Assembly: GCA_002269645.1 (NCBI GenBank)
Contig: NIVC01000023.1
Span: 682,001 to 746,000 of the forward strand
Source: Macrostomum lignano
Lineage: Eukaryota
DNA length: 64,000 bases
Reading direction: 5' to 3'
Of this stretch, positions 1 through 18,785 are shown piece after piece. How positions within the stretch are numbered: position 1 is the stretch's first letter; every line of letters begins with the position of its first letter. The notes below the pieces were generated by a model. It was not told where the DNA came from. It did no database searches and saw only the letters and a list, made by a program, of their open reading frames with translations. The position numbers and the translations under genes were made by a program.

Positions 1-741
1 ATTAATTAATTTGTATTTTCATTCTCTGCGTCTATTTGATTCTAGGCAGGAAAAAGGTTGTTCACACTAAATTGTTCTCAATGCTTTCACGAAGTCGGCA
101 CTTTGCTATTGTTTCAATTAATAAGTTATATGCATGGGTTTACTGTTGTTTATTTAATTTAATTATTACACAAGTTTATTAACTGCTTAAAGTATTTGGT
201 GTTTTTACTGGCTTTTAATTTGCTCGCCTGTCGTAATGATAAATAAAATAAATAATATTATTATTATTAACTACTTATTGCACCTGTAATAATGCTTTTA
301 GTAGTATTATGCGAGTGTGTGACACTTGAGATTTCTTGTATAACATGACTAGCTTCTCGCTCTCGCATGCCCTCTGCGTTCTCTGAAGTCAATCTGATTT
401 TATTTGGTTTGTCTGCATTTTCTTAGCGAGATCCAACTAATTTACAAGTTTTTGTCCTTCATATAACGCTTCTAAATGGCCTAGGATTTGAGCAACTTCT
501 GTTTTAATGATAAGTAAGCTTTATCTGTGTTTATTACTGATATGCTTCAATCCGTATTGTAATATGACTCAATTATATTCACAGCTTCTCAACTCTGTAA
601 AAGAAATTCAGTTAAAATATATTTACTAACACATAATTTGCTGTTGTTCTGCACGTGAGCTTTGAGTGCAATGCCGGCTCTGAGCTCTGAGTTTATGCTT
701 GACATCTAAAACTGCTTTGTTGGATATTTGTCGGATTCAGC

Positions 742-1870
742 TCATTTCCATGCCTCTTCATGGCTGGGTAGATGGTAGACAGATGACTGGGTAGATGGTA
801 GACAGATGGCTGGGTAGATGGTAGACAGATGACTGGGTAGATGGTAGACAGATGACTGGGTAGATAGTAGACAGATGACTGGGTAGATGGTAGACAGATG
901 GCTGGGTAGATGGTAGACAGATGGGTGGGTAGATGGTAGACAGATGGGTGGGTAGATGGTAGACAGATGGGTGGGTAGGTGGGTAGACAGATGGCTGGGT
1001 GGATGGTAGACAGATGGCTGGGTAGATTGGTAGACAGATGGGTAGGCGGGTAGATGGATGGGTGGGTGGGTCAGTAGATAGGTGGGTGAGTAGATGGGTG
1101 GGTGGGTGAGTAGATGGATGGGTGGGTGAGTAGATGGGTGGGTGGGTGAGTAGATGGGTGGGTGGGTGGGTGGGTAGATGGATGGGTGGGTGGGTAGATG
1201 GATGGGTGGGTGGGTGAGTAGATGGGTGGGCTGGTGGGTAGATGGGTGGGCTGGTGGGTAGATGGGTGGGCTGGTGGGTAGATGGGTGGGCTGGTGGGTA
1301 GATGGGTGGGTGGGTGAGTAGATGGGTGGGTGGGTGAGTAGCTGGGTGGGTTGGTGAGTAGATGGGTGGGTGGGTGGGTAGATGGATGGGTGGGTGGGTA
1401 GATGGATGGGTGGGTGGGTGAGTAGATGGGTGGGCTGGTGGGTAGATGGGTGGGCTGGTGGGTAGATGGGTGGGCTGGTGGGTAGATGGGTGGGTGGGTG
1501 AGTAGATGGGTGGGCTGGTGGGTAGATGGGTGGGCTGGTGGGTAGATGGGTGGGCTGGTGGGTAGATGGGTGGGTGGGTGAGTAGATGGGTGGGCTGGTG
1601 GGTAGATGGGTGGGCTGGTGGGTAGATGGGTGGGTAGGTGAGTAGATGGGTGGGTAGGTGAGTAGATGGGTGGGTGGGTGAGTAGATGGGTGGGCTGGTG
1701 GGTAGATGGGTGGGCTGGTGGGTAGATGGGTGGGCTGGTGGGTAGATGGGTGGGTGGGTGAGTAGATGGGTGGGTAGGTGAGTAGATGGGTGGGCTGGTA
1801 GGTAGATGGGTGGGCTGGTGGGTAGATGGGTGGGCTGGTGGGTAGATGGGTGGGCTGGTGGGTAGATGGA
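742..1870. repeat. G-rich minisatellite, ~20-bp unit GGTAGATGGGTGGGCTGGTG (with GGGTGAGT variants), grading at the left end into a ~24-bp GGGTAGATGGTAGACAGATGACT-type unit
   Basis: Direct tandem periodicity; the 399-aa and 383-aa P/H/T-rich ORFs are translations of it. Confidence 0.95.
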
Positions 1871-2719
1871 TAGTTGCATTTCAGCTTCAGCTGGAAAAAC
1901 AAGTAACAAAATAATTTAGCAAAAATGGTCAAGGAGGCCATTGCAGACCTTGATTTGAGCTGGTTTTGTTTATTTATAGTATATATATTATATGCTATTT
2001 TGTACTATTACAGTACAAAAGTCTGCTTTGAAAAAATAAATCAGATAGAGAAGCACAAAAGAAAAAATATAGAAACGATCTGACAGAAATATTGAAGCCA
2101 GCCTGGTGAAAAACTGGTGTCAGTATATAGCTTAAAGAAAAATAAATGTAAAAGATAATTTTCCTGAATCTTCCCAAAATTTGCGTAATGTGAAGGCCAC
2201 TAAATAAAGGAAGTAAATATAATTATAGCAGCAAATTTGTTCACTTTGCTACTTATAGTAAAATGTACGAGCCTTGAATGGAAGAAGTGAGAACAGTTTT
2301 ACACTCGTACTTTATAGGATTATTTAATGAATATGGCACATTATTTCATTGGAAAAAAGTATTGTAGACTTTTTACTACAAAATGTATACATTTACATGA
2401 TTTTATAAGGTTCTCATCATAAATATAATTTAAATAGGTTAATAGGGCGGGAGAAAATTAAAATTGAAGAAATATCATTTTTTAAAGTAACAGCACTTTT
2501 TGCCGCTATAAGCCAATTACTACTACTAAGTCAGTAGTAAAATCACAGTGATTTAAGTAGTGGCATCGCCAAGAAGTTGCGTAAAAAAGGTTGAATGTTT
2601 TTTAAAGGCCGATAAAATGTTTTTTTTAAACTCGACTATCGTAAATCTTATGGGTGTCCAAGGGATCACAGTGTATTTGCTGAACTATTCTGTGTTCCCG
2701 GATACCTAGTCTACCTCGT

Positions 2720-2880
2720 GGTTCCAGTGTACTTTATGGTGTCTATGGTCCTTATCTAGCGGTTCCAGTGTACTTTATGGTGTCTATGGTCCTTATCTAG
2801 CGGTTCCAGTGTACTTTATGGTGTCTATGGTCTTTATCTAGCGGTTCCAGTGTACTTTATGGTGTCTATGGTCTTTATCT
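2720..2880. repeat. 41-bp tandem repeat (GGTTCCAGTGTACTTTATGGTGTCTATGGTCCTTATCTAGC), ~4 copies, downstream of the RPGR stop
   Basis: Visible tandem copies with degenerate flanks. Confidence 0.9.
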
Positions 2881-3154
2881 AAGGGCTCTAATTTACACGT
2901 ACTTTGTGATGTTTAGGGTCTATCTAAAGAATTTAATGCACTTTAAGTCGTCTAGTGTCTTTATCTAGGGCACCAATGTACTTTATGGCCATTCACCAGT
3001 CACCTACGAGCGTATGTTCTTCTTTATCAAAGCTCTTAGATCTTACAGAACTTCAAACTGGTACTCGACCTGTACATGCAAGCGTAGTATACCTGAACAG
3101 AATAGGCCTTTAAAAAGCAAACTATACTTCTCGAAGATAAAGTTCTCTCCAGTT

Positions 3155-9458
<6,304 letters not shown>

Positions 9459-10926
9459 AATGGAGCCGTGAGGTGCAATGAATTTTCTCGTAAGCAAAAC
9501 TTTTTAGCTAAGCGGCTAGCTCTAAAACACTTCGTATCTAGAAAATCATAATTATCCAGCCCCAGTGTACATAAACAGAGTTGGTGGGTGGTAATAAAAA
9601 AATCTTAAAGATAATACTGATAAATATTGTACTGCAGTGTCTTATCACTAATTTAACGTGTGATAAAATTTTGCTTATATTGCTATAGTTTAAAAGAAAA
9701 ACATTTGTTTTAAATGGCTGTGTTAAAACTCGGAGTTTTTTGGCAAGTTCAGCTTATCAAAATAAAAAAATCTTCTATCCAAAATCCAAATCAACAGCGG
9801 CTCACTTTATTGATTTTTTGGAAAAAAGATCTGCTTTGGCTCATTGAATTTTCTGTGAGCTGTTTGCTATCCATGCATGGACAACTAGAGTATCCATGAT
9901 GACTAGCATAAGTTTAGTTTGTCGTCGCGACATTTGTAGCTTTGGGGCTTATGTTTTATGCTCTGTCCCCCTCCGTTCTTAGAACCTCTAGCTGACAATT
10001 AAATTAAATATTTTATTTTAAAGAATAAAACTTAAGAGTCGCAAAGTTGATCTTAAAGCAGAAGCACATAGCCTAGCCCTTGTAATTAATCAATTTGGTG
10101 GACACAAGCGCGTCTATGGAAACTGAGGCATAAATTTAAATTACTAATATTCTTCGAAACACATAGAGTGCCCTCGCCCCTCGATGATGTTTGCCGTATA
10201 TCAACCTTTAAACTAACAACAGGGCTCGCAAAATTATTTTTGCAATTTTCCACATATGTGCACATCGATCGATTTTTTATAACTATAATTAATATGCATA
10301 TCAAATTGTCTAACAAATTCAATGACATACATTAAAAAAAATTCATGTTTATTTGTGTAGCTAATTCCAATTTTTATAACTTTTTTGTGTTTCTTATTAA
10401 CTTAGTGCATTTATGCAACGTTATAATATTTCGTTGCATTACTCTGGACCAATGAATATAGTTTATTCCATGTTCTATATTAAGCAAAACCTTTAAATTT
10501 AATAGCACTTGACTAAAATTCTAGAATCATACTGGCTATTATACTGATTATTATAAATACATTGTAATACTATAATATCCAGCCATATTTTATGCTAAGT
10601 TTTTATAGACTATAATTTCTGGCGAGTGCTTATCTTATTGGGTTATCTTAGCTTATTTTTAAAAATAAAAATAATTTATCTGAACCAATAAAATATTTGT
10701 CCAAAAAGGATATGTTTTAACTTATACTTTGTTTAAAAAATATAGTTTTTAGTTCCAGTCAAACAATTGTGCCCTGATTAATTTGCTTTATAAAAAACAC
10801 TTTTGTTTAAACTTTCTAGATTATCAAGGTGTTTAGCATTAGGCTATCACAAGGCTTTGGCAATTGACACAAACTTATCACATGATCGTAATCAGTATAT
10901 TTATGCCTGTCCAACCTGTACTTCAG

Positions 10927-13900
10927 GCTCTGCAACTGCTTGCAAAAGCTGCCATACGAGGTGACTTTGATGAAGTCCGCCGTCTCGCAACCTCAGGTCT
11001 CGTGAAAGCCCGAGACGAGCTCAATCGCACCATAATCATGCTGACTGCCGATACCGACTGGACTCCGCCTCAGACTGGCAAGTGCATCGAGTACTTTTTA
11101 AACCTCGGCGCCGAACCCCAAGCCGTCGAATTGTCGTCAGGCGACACGGCGGCTCATGTGGCAGCCCGACGGGATCACCTGCGAGTGTTGGCCCTGCTGC
11201 CGTTCCGGGCCAAATGGCAGGTGAACGAGTCCAGCCGGACCCCGCTAATGGAGGCAGCTAAGTCTGGCTGTTGGCGGTGTGCCAAGCACCTGTTGCACCT
11301 GCTTAGACAGGCCAAGTTTGTTCGGGTCAGCAGAGGCGGCAGGGGAGGCGGCAGAGACGGCAGCAGAGGTCGTGTCGAGTTGCTGAAGATGCAGGACGGA
11401 TCGGGTCGGACTGCACAGGACTTGGCAACTGACTCTGGGCACTTTGAACTAGCTAGGATTATTGAGAGGTGAGGGTGCAGTATCTATTTAAAGGTGTTTC
11501 GTCAGGGCCACGCCACGACCGTTGGTTCAATCCCGTGCGCTGACACATTAATTTATGGCTTGTGCACGAATAATCCTGAAATAAAGTTTCAACGACCAAT
11601 TAGAGATTAGATTTTAGGGAATTTTCCATTTACATGTTTTGAAAACATTTCATGAAGAAAGTTAGTTTAATTACCACTGAGGCTGAAGCCTGAATGTACA
11701 GACCTAAGGGTGAGGTATTAATGGCCGAAATAGTTCGATGTACATTAGGGTTAGACTTGAATCCTCAGGGGATAGAAATATATAGCAGTTAAGTGGGGAT
11801 TGCATGTACACGTGCCAAGCGGAGTGTGGAGGGGGGCCTTTATCAGAATGTACAATGACGGGTAGAAGGGCCTTCGCCAATTATATTTAAAGTACAGCCA
11901 TAAAAAATTAAAACAAAACTTATTTTTCGAAAAATCTACAGAGAGCGTCGTCTAGTTGTCTCAATCAACGGCACGGGTTCTATCAAAGGCCTGTCGTCTA
12001 CTGTAAGTAGTTTGTCTGCGAATTATATTCCCTTCAATTAATCATTTTAAGGAACAAGAAAAAAGTCAAAAGAAGATGGTCAAAATGCTAAGATTATCAA
12101 GATGATCAAGACGCAAAGACCAAGATGAACATTAGGCACCAAGATCAAGATGAACATTAGGCGCCAAGATCAAGATGAGCATTATGCGCCAATTTCTAGA
12201 TAAACATCAGGCGCCAAGATCAAGATGAACATCAGGCGCCAAGATCAGGATGAACATTACGCGCCAAGATCAAGACGAACATATTAGGCGCCAAGATCAA
12301 GATGAGCATATTAGGCGCCAAGATCAAGATGAACATATTAGGCGCCAAGATCAAGATGAGCATATTATATAGGCGCCAAGATCAAGATGAGCATATTATA
12401 TAGGCGCCAAGATCAAGATGAGCATATTATATAGGCGCCAAGATCAAGATGAACATATTAGGCGCCAAGATCAAAATGAGTATTAGACGCCACCATCAAG
12501 ATGATCAAACCACCACCTGCAAACTGCTCCAGGAGATGGACATGCGCGACCATCTTGAGCAGCTAATTGAGTCCTCGAACTGGCCCGGCCTCCTTGAGGT
12601 CGCCAATCGGGTCAACTGCGACTTGCCCGACCGCGACGGCTGGACACCGGCGATGCGCGCCTTTAAGTCGGCCGCCTGTCCAACGGCGGTGCTGCAACGC
12701 CTGGCCGACCTCGCCGACGTGTCCTGTTCAAACGTCTGGGGCGTCAGCTGTCTGCATCGGGCCGCCAGCGCCGGGGCTCCGCCGTCTAGCCTGGCTATCC
12801 TGCTGGATCGCGGAGCTCCAGTCAACGCTGTAGACGAGGACAATCGAACACCGTTGATGCTGCTCGCGACGACTGGCATGACGTCGGCGGAAGCGACGTT
12901 GGCAGCTAGATCGTTGCTGTCCGGAGGTGCTGACTGGGACAACAGCAGTTCTTGCCTGGCGCAAGTGACACCGCTGAGGCTGGCTGTGGAAGCGAGAAAT
13001 CACGAGCTAGTCGCTCTGTTGCTGCCGTGAGTCTGGGGGGGGGGTTGACATCATGATGGATCCGAATCCAGGATGCCAATTCGAAAACCGGGATTCTGCG
13101 GCTGGCATCCTGCATAGTGAAGAAGTTCAAAATCAAATAAAAGACCCGCAGAAGTTGCAGAAGTTTAAATCGATGCTTCAAAAATATATAAATTTACAGA
13201 AAATTTACAGAATTAACCTCTAATTCCTATAATCGCAGTCAGAAGAATATGCATATATTCTAACAATCCTGTTATCAAACATCATTAGAATATTTTCAAG
13301 GAAATTGTGGTGCCGGAGCGCTGAGCTCTAGGCACTGGCTAACTAACTAGCTTATGCTATGTACGTGCATCGTACGTGCACACCATTCTTTCCTCTCCCT
13401 TCGCTCTGACTGGCCATCCCCTAAGCCGCCATGTACTTGTACGTAGTTATTTATCATCACGTGACTTTATTTCGGTGTTCTCTCGGCCCTTGCTCGTGTC
13501 ATTATTTAATAAGCTACTTGCTAGTTAAAATAAACCTTGAGTTTCTTTATGCCAAATTCACGGCACGACAGAAATTTTATAGAGTCCTATTTTAATACTA
13601 AGATGCTTCTTAAAATTTAGCTATACACAGCAAACTTACTTCTTTGTTAGCAATATAAGAAGGCTTTCTTTATAATGTAGTATCGCTCGTTTCTTTCAGA
13701 TATCAGCACAAAAAGTTCTTTGAAGAGTCGCTAAAAATGAAGTGAGTAACTCTTACAGTGGGGTAATCAGCTGTGAGACAGTGGGGGTAATCAGCTGTGA
13801 GACAGTGGGGGTAATCAGCTGTGAGACAGTGGGGTAATCAGCTGAGACAGTGGGGGTAATCAGCTGTGAGACAGTGGGGTAATCAGCTATGAAACAGTGG

Positions 13901-14507
13901 GGGTAATCAGCTTTGAGACAGTGGGGTAATCAGCTTTGAGACAGTGGGGTAATCAGCTGTGAGACAGTGGGGGTAATCAGCTTTGAGACAGTGGGGTAAT
14001 CAGCTTTGAGACAGTGGGGTAATCAGCTGTGAGACAGTGGGGGTAATCAGCTTTGAGACAGTGGGGGTAATCAGCTTTGAGACAGTGTGGTAATCAGCTT
14101 TGAGACAGTGGGGTAATCAGCTGTGAGACAGTGGGGGTAATCAGCTTTGAGACAGTGGGGTAATCAGCTTTGAGACAGTGGGGTAATCAGCTTTGAGACA
14201 GTGGGGTAATCAGCTGTGAGACAGTGGGGTAATCAGCTTTGAGACAGTGGGGTAATCTGCAGCTGAGTGGGGTTCACCAAACTGACCATTTCAAAAACGA
14301 GAAAAAACATAACCTTGTAAACAAAAATTTTGCAGCTGCTGCAGAGACAGTCTTCGATGCCTAGCAGCCGAGTTGCTGGGCCGTCAGAGAGCTTGGCAGT
14401 TGACTGCTGCTGGCAGACTGCCAGCTGTACTCATTGAATTTGTCAGTCAACATGTAGCTGGATGCTATGGCTGCAGCGTCTGTTTGAATGACGAGTCTGA
14501 CAGTTAA
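10927..14507 (+). CDS. Ankyrin-repeat protein with a C-terminal SOCS/BC-box-like motif (ASB/FEM1-like architecture); 5' end not identified
   Basis: Exons 10927-11468, 11942-12002, 12533-13026, 13700-13741, 14336-14507 are GT-AG and phase-consistent (1311 nt). The apparent ORF stops at 11472 and 13030 are actually donors (AG|GTGAGG, CC|GTGAGT). Ankyrin motifs: GDTAAHVAAR, RTPLMEAAKSG, GRTAQDLA, GWTPAMRA, GVSCLHRAA, NRTPLMLLA, VTPLRLAV. Last exon contains SLRCLAAELL...LPAVLIEFV. Confidence 0.8.
12085..12505. repeat. 25-32-bp minisatellite GGCGCCAAGATCAAGATGAACATATTA in the ankyrin-gene intron
   Basis: Tandem copies ending ~30 nt before acceptor 12532. Confidence 0.93.
13306..13570 (+). mobile_element. 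Solo LTR (265 bp) of an LTR retrotransposon, in an intron of the ankyrin gene
   Basis: Starts TGTGGTGCCG and ends CGGCACGACA (TG...CA, 10-bp inverted termini, 1 mismatch). Flanked on both sides by GAAAT (13301-13305, 13571-13575), a 5-bp TSD. AATAAA at 13529-13534. Confidence 0.78.
13757..14260. repeat. 23-24-bp minisatellite GAGACAGTGGGGTAATCAGCTTT in the last ankyrin-gene intron
   Basis: ~21 copies starting 15 nt after donor 13742. Confidence 0.96.
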
Positions 14508-14667
14508 TTCTAAAATTACTTGTACTTTGAGTAGTCAAAGGCGCTCTCGATTACAAATATAAGGTCGAAAAGACTGTAAATCTGTGTATAAATTATTGAC
14601 ATAACACCTTTAACTAAGACATAACACCTGACTTAGTGCCAAGTATTGAGTGATCGGTGTTGTCAAG

Positions 14668-15330
14668 ATACCATGGCTCAATGGGGAGTTGCTGAGATGC
14701 CATGGCTCAATGGGGAGTTGCTGAGATGCCATGGCTCAATGGGGAGTTGCTGAGATGCCATGGCTCAATGGGGAGTTGCTGAGATGCCATGGCTTAATGG
14801 GGAGTTGCTGAGATGCCATGGCTCAATGGGGAGTTGCTGAGATGCCATGGCTCAATGGGGAGTTGCTGAGATGCCATGGCTTAATGGGGAGTTGCTGAGA
14901 TGCCATGGCTTAATGGGGAGTTGCTGAGATGCCATGGCTCAAAGGGGAGTTGCTGAGATGCCAATTGGCTCAATGGGGAGTTGCTGAGATGCCATGGCTT
15001 AATGGGGAGTTGCTGAGATGCCATGGCTTAATGGGGAGTTGCTGAGATGCAATGGCTCAATGGGGAGTTGCTGAGATGCCATGGCTTAATGGGGAGTTGC
15101 TGAGATGCCAATTGGCTCAATGGGGAGTTGCTGAGATGCCAATTGGCTCAATGGGGAGTTGCTGAAATGCCAATTGGCTCAATGGGGAGTTGCTGAGATG
15201 CCAATTGGCTCAATGGGGAGTTGCTGAGATGCCAATTGGCTCAATGGGGAGTTGCTGAGATGCCAATTGGCTCAATGGGGAGTTGCTGAGATGCCAATTG
15301 GCTCAATGGGATCGAGTTGCTAAGATGCCA
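14668..15330. repeat. 29/31-bp minisatellite CCATGGCTCAATGGGGAGTTGCTGAGATG
   Basis: ~22 copies; the 31-bp CCAATTGG variant dominates the right end. Confidence 0.97.
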
Positions 15331-15894
15331 AAGTTTCGTATTTCACTGAAACTCTTCAGAGGCCATCAATGTACAGTAGATCATAAAATATATATTAAAA
15401 AACAAAACGCTAAACTGTGCAGTTTTGCTCGATTTTTTGTTAATTTGCCAGAGACAAAATGAATTCTGTGCAAAATGCACGATAGAATTGGTGTCAGCCA
15501 TGTACTCGTAGTTTTATATTAAAGGACGCGACAAGAATAACCTTGAGTAAAAAATAGTTTAAGACGCACATGACAACAGTATCAATACACCTTTTGTTTA
15601 ACGATTGAAACAAAAATTCAAATGTAAGCCTACTATGAATTTTCGCAGCGATAGCAGCTTTTGTGATAAATAAAATATAATAGGCTTGATTTGATCGAAA
15701 CTTCTGGGAGGAGATTTACAGAGGACATGCGTATTGATCCTTCATTCAATTAGAGCCATTCAGAAGAGAAGGTTAAGCCCGTTAATTGGCAACTGTAAGC
15801 GCATAAATTAGCATTTTATCGTCTTCCTAGCTAGCACTTAGAATTTCAATGTTACAATTTAGTACAATACGAGCGTGTATGTAGACCAGCGGAT

Positions 15895-16797
15895 TCCCAG
15901 TGGGAAACTGTTCCTGAAGCCTACGCATTTAGTATATGTGGACTAGCAGACTAGCCCCCCAAGTGGGAAACTGTTCCTGAAGCCTACGCATTTAGTATAT
16001 GTGGACTAGCAGACTAGCCCCCCAAGTGGGAAACTGTTCCTGAAGCCTACGCATTTAGTATATGTGGACTAGCAGACTAGCCCCCTAAGTGGGAAACTGT
16101 TACTGAAGCCTACGCATTTAGTATATGTGGACTAGCAGACTAGCCCCCAAGTGGGAAACTGTTACTGAAGCCTACGCATTTAGTATATGTGGACTAGCAG
16201 ACTAGCCCCCCAAGTGGGAAACTGTTACTGAAGCCTACGCATTTAGTATATGTGGACTAGCAGACTAGCCCCCCAAGTGGGAAACTGTTACTGAAGCCTA
16301 CGCATTTAGTATATGTGGACTAGCAGACTAGCCCCCAAGTGGGAAACTGTTACTGAAGCCTACGCATTTAGTATATGTGGACTAGCAGACTAGCCCCCTA
16401 AGTGGGAAACTGTTACTGAAGCCTACGCATTTAGTATATGTGGACTAGCAGACTAGCCCCCTAAGTGGGAAACTGTTACTGAAGCCTACGCATTTAGTAT
16501 ATGTGGACTAGCAGACTAGCCCCCCAAGTGGGAAACTGTTACTGAAGCCTACGCATTTAGTATATGTGGACTAGCAGACTAGCCCCCTAAGTGGGAAACT
16601 GTTCCTGAAGCCTACGCATTTAGTATATGTGGACTAGCAGACTAGCCCCCCAAGTGGGAAACTGTTACTGAAGCCTACGCATTTAGTATATGTGGACTAG
16701 CAGACTGCCCCCTAAGTGGGGAACAGGTCCTGAAGCCTGCATTTAGTATATGTGGACTAGCAGACTGCCCCCAGTGGGAAACTGTTCCTGAAGCCTA
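15895..16797. repeat. 62-63-bp minisatellite (CCCCCAAGTGGGAAACTGTTACTGAAGCCTACGCATTTAGTATATGTGGACTAGCAGACTAG)
   Basis: ~14 near-identical copies with no unique spacers. Confidence 0.97.
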
Positions 16798-16901
16798 CGA
16801 AATTGGTTTCAATATCTTCAAACAACATTTAAAAATAAATTTTCTTGCAAATCACAGGAATAATAACTATGAAACAAATAATCAATCGATCAGCTTCTCA
16901 A

Positions 16902-17132
16902 TCAGTCCACCCGCCAACTGAGCCCGGTGTTATCCCGACCCTTCTCCATATTGATCCTGTCAGCTTCGTCCTGTCGTTTCTGCCTTCTGGCCGCCTCTTC
17001 GCTTGGCCCTCTGGACGAGCGACGATTTTCGGCCGCTTCTGCCAACTGTCGCCGGCGAGTCTCCGGGCTGGGCTGGTTCACATGCCGATGCTCGTCAGAG
17101 TCGCCGCCAAAACAGCAGCACAGGGAGCCCAT
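16902..17132 (-). CDS. SVIP: Small VCP/p97-interacting protein, 76 aa, single coding exon
   Basis: N-terminus MGSLCCCF (myristoylation Gly2 plus palmitoylatable Cys), VIM motif RRRQLAEAAENR (R-x5-AA-x2-R) and C-terminal GLSWRVD, as in the SVIP family. Confidence 0.9.
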   Translation of the reverse strand: MGSLCCCFGGDSDEHRHVNQPSPETRRRQLAEAAENRRSSRGPSEEAARRQKRQDEADRINMEKGRDNTGLSWRVD

Positions 17133-17492
17133 GGTGTGCTCAAATTATTTTAATATGATTTGACTTTAATTCTTTAATATAACGAATATTTTGAGCTTGA
17201 GTAGAGCATGCAAATATGAAATTAGTTGATAAACTAGAATGACACATTTAGAGTCTTAGCAAATCTCTACTAAGACGACAACTATACATAAACTTAAAGT
17301 TTAAGAAGCTCCAAAGTTAACCACACAAATCCTATTAAATAAGACATTCATACGTTAAACATATATTTCGATACATTTTGACAAAAGTTTAAACAAAAAA
17401 TTCAGCTAAACACATATAAATACGCAGAAAGACAACATTGAATTTTTCCCACGTTAGGGGAATTTTTCACATCTAGATAGTTTTCTACACGA

Positions 17493-18785
17493 CTAGGGAA
17501 TTTTCCCGCGAGTCTCCCCGTGATCCTCGCCGCCTTTGTGTCCTTGGTTCTCAGCGCGGCACAGATCCCAAGTCCACAGCAGGTCTTTGTGCCAGATATC
17601 CGGCTCGGTGGGGTCCAAGAAGCACGCGTAGGCGAACGACTTCAAGGCTTGTCTGGTCAGCCCGGCGCTTACCTGACACCGGCCGAGAGTTTGGCGCGCC
17701 GGCGCCCAGTTTGGCGCCAAACTGACCGCCTCGGTGGCCAATCCGGCGCCGGCGCAGAATTCGCCAAGCGCCAAGTGCGCCTGAGCGGCCATCTCTAGTA
17801 GGCGGGCGCGTTGCTGCGATTGGTCGGAAGTTTCTACGCTGAAAATATGGATAACCAAGATAGAATGGATGTTGGATCTTGGATAGAATGGATCTATCCA
17901 AGATAGAATGGATCTTGGGTGTGTGGATCGGGGCGATTCTTTAGGGAGATCAGGGGCGATTCTTTAGGGAGATCAGGGGCGATTCTTTAGGGAGATCAGG
18001 GGCGATTCTTTAGGGAGATCAGGGGCGATTCTTTAGGGAGATCAGGGGCGATTCTTTAAGGATATCTATCAGGGGCGATTCTTTAGGGATATCAGGGGCG
18101 ATTCTTTAAGAATATCTATCAGGGGCGATTCTTTAGGGAGATCAGGGGCGATTCTTTAGGGAGATCAGGGGCGATTCTTTAGCGAGATCAGGGGCGAGTC
18201 TTTAGGGAGATCAGGGGCGATTCTTTAAGGAGATTAGGGGCGATTCTTTAGGGAGATCAGGGGCGATTCTTTAAGGAGATTAGGGGCGATTCTTTAGAAA
18301 GATAAGGGCGATTCTTCGGGAAATTAGGGGTCATTCTTTGGAACGATTGGAGGAAAATCGTAAACGGATTTTAAAAAATTGCGCTTGTTCAGGATTAATT
18401 GACTATTGAGAAGTGCTTCAAAAGGTACAAGTAATTATTAACACGTTTGTCGATCTTACCTATCCAGACTCAGCGCTTTGCGAAAGCTAACCAAAGCGCT
18501 AGCCCAGTCCCCAGATTCTGCTGATGCACTTCCGGCATCAATTAGTAATTGCCTCTTCTGAGCAATCGATCGCTTATTGGTCTCTGTCACACATGTACGC
18601 GGCCTTTTAATGGTTGTCAATGGCAACAAACTGCACTCGTCGTTGTTATCCAAGCGATCAAAGACATTTTGCCGGTCAGAGAGACCAGACCGTACAGTGC
18701 TACTCAAAGAAGTCTGACTCAAATCCGATTTCCGTTTCCAGGCAAACTGGATAGACGAGTTTGCCGACGATGAGTTTCGAGGCTG
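17493..18785 (-). CDS. TTC33: Tetratricopeptide repeat protein 33 orthologue; ATG-containing first exon not established
   Basis: Exons 18785-18460 and 17838-17493, phase 2, GT-AG. Motifs FAWKRK (TTC33 FGWKRK), APNWAPARQTLGRCQ and DPTEPDIWHKDLLWTWDL (TTC33 PMNPEIWKEDLSWA). Confidence 0.85.
17850..18330. repeat. 23-bp minisatellite GGGGCGATTCTTTAGGGAGATCA, plus a short ATAGAATGGAT repeat, in the TTC33 intron
   Basis: Tandem copies between donor 18459 and acceptor 17839. Confidence 0.95.

Noticed and set aside
270-756. Minus-strand exon-like segments (498-446 VAQILGHLEALYEGQKL; an open frame ~415-270; AG|CCATGAAG at ~756)
   Set aside because: I could not join them in phase without creating stops. 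A gene may exist here but no model is supportable.
11501-11544. B-box-like GGTTCAATCCC, with a similar GGTTCGATTC on the minus strand at ~46235, each preceded by CCACGACC
   Set aside because: No cloverleaf or convincing A box. At most a SINE relic; needs tRNAscan or BLAST.
15895-16797. CRISPR-like appearance of regular 23-63-bp repeats (also 26255, 36945, 51413)
   Set aside because: No unique spacers, no cas genes, and a eukaryotic spliced context.
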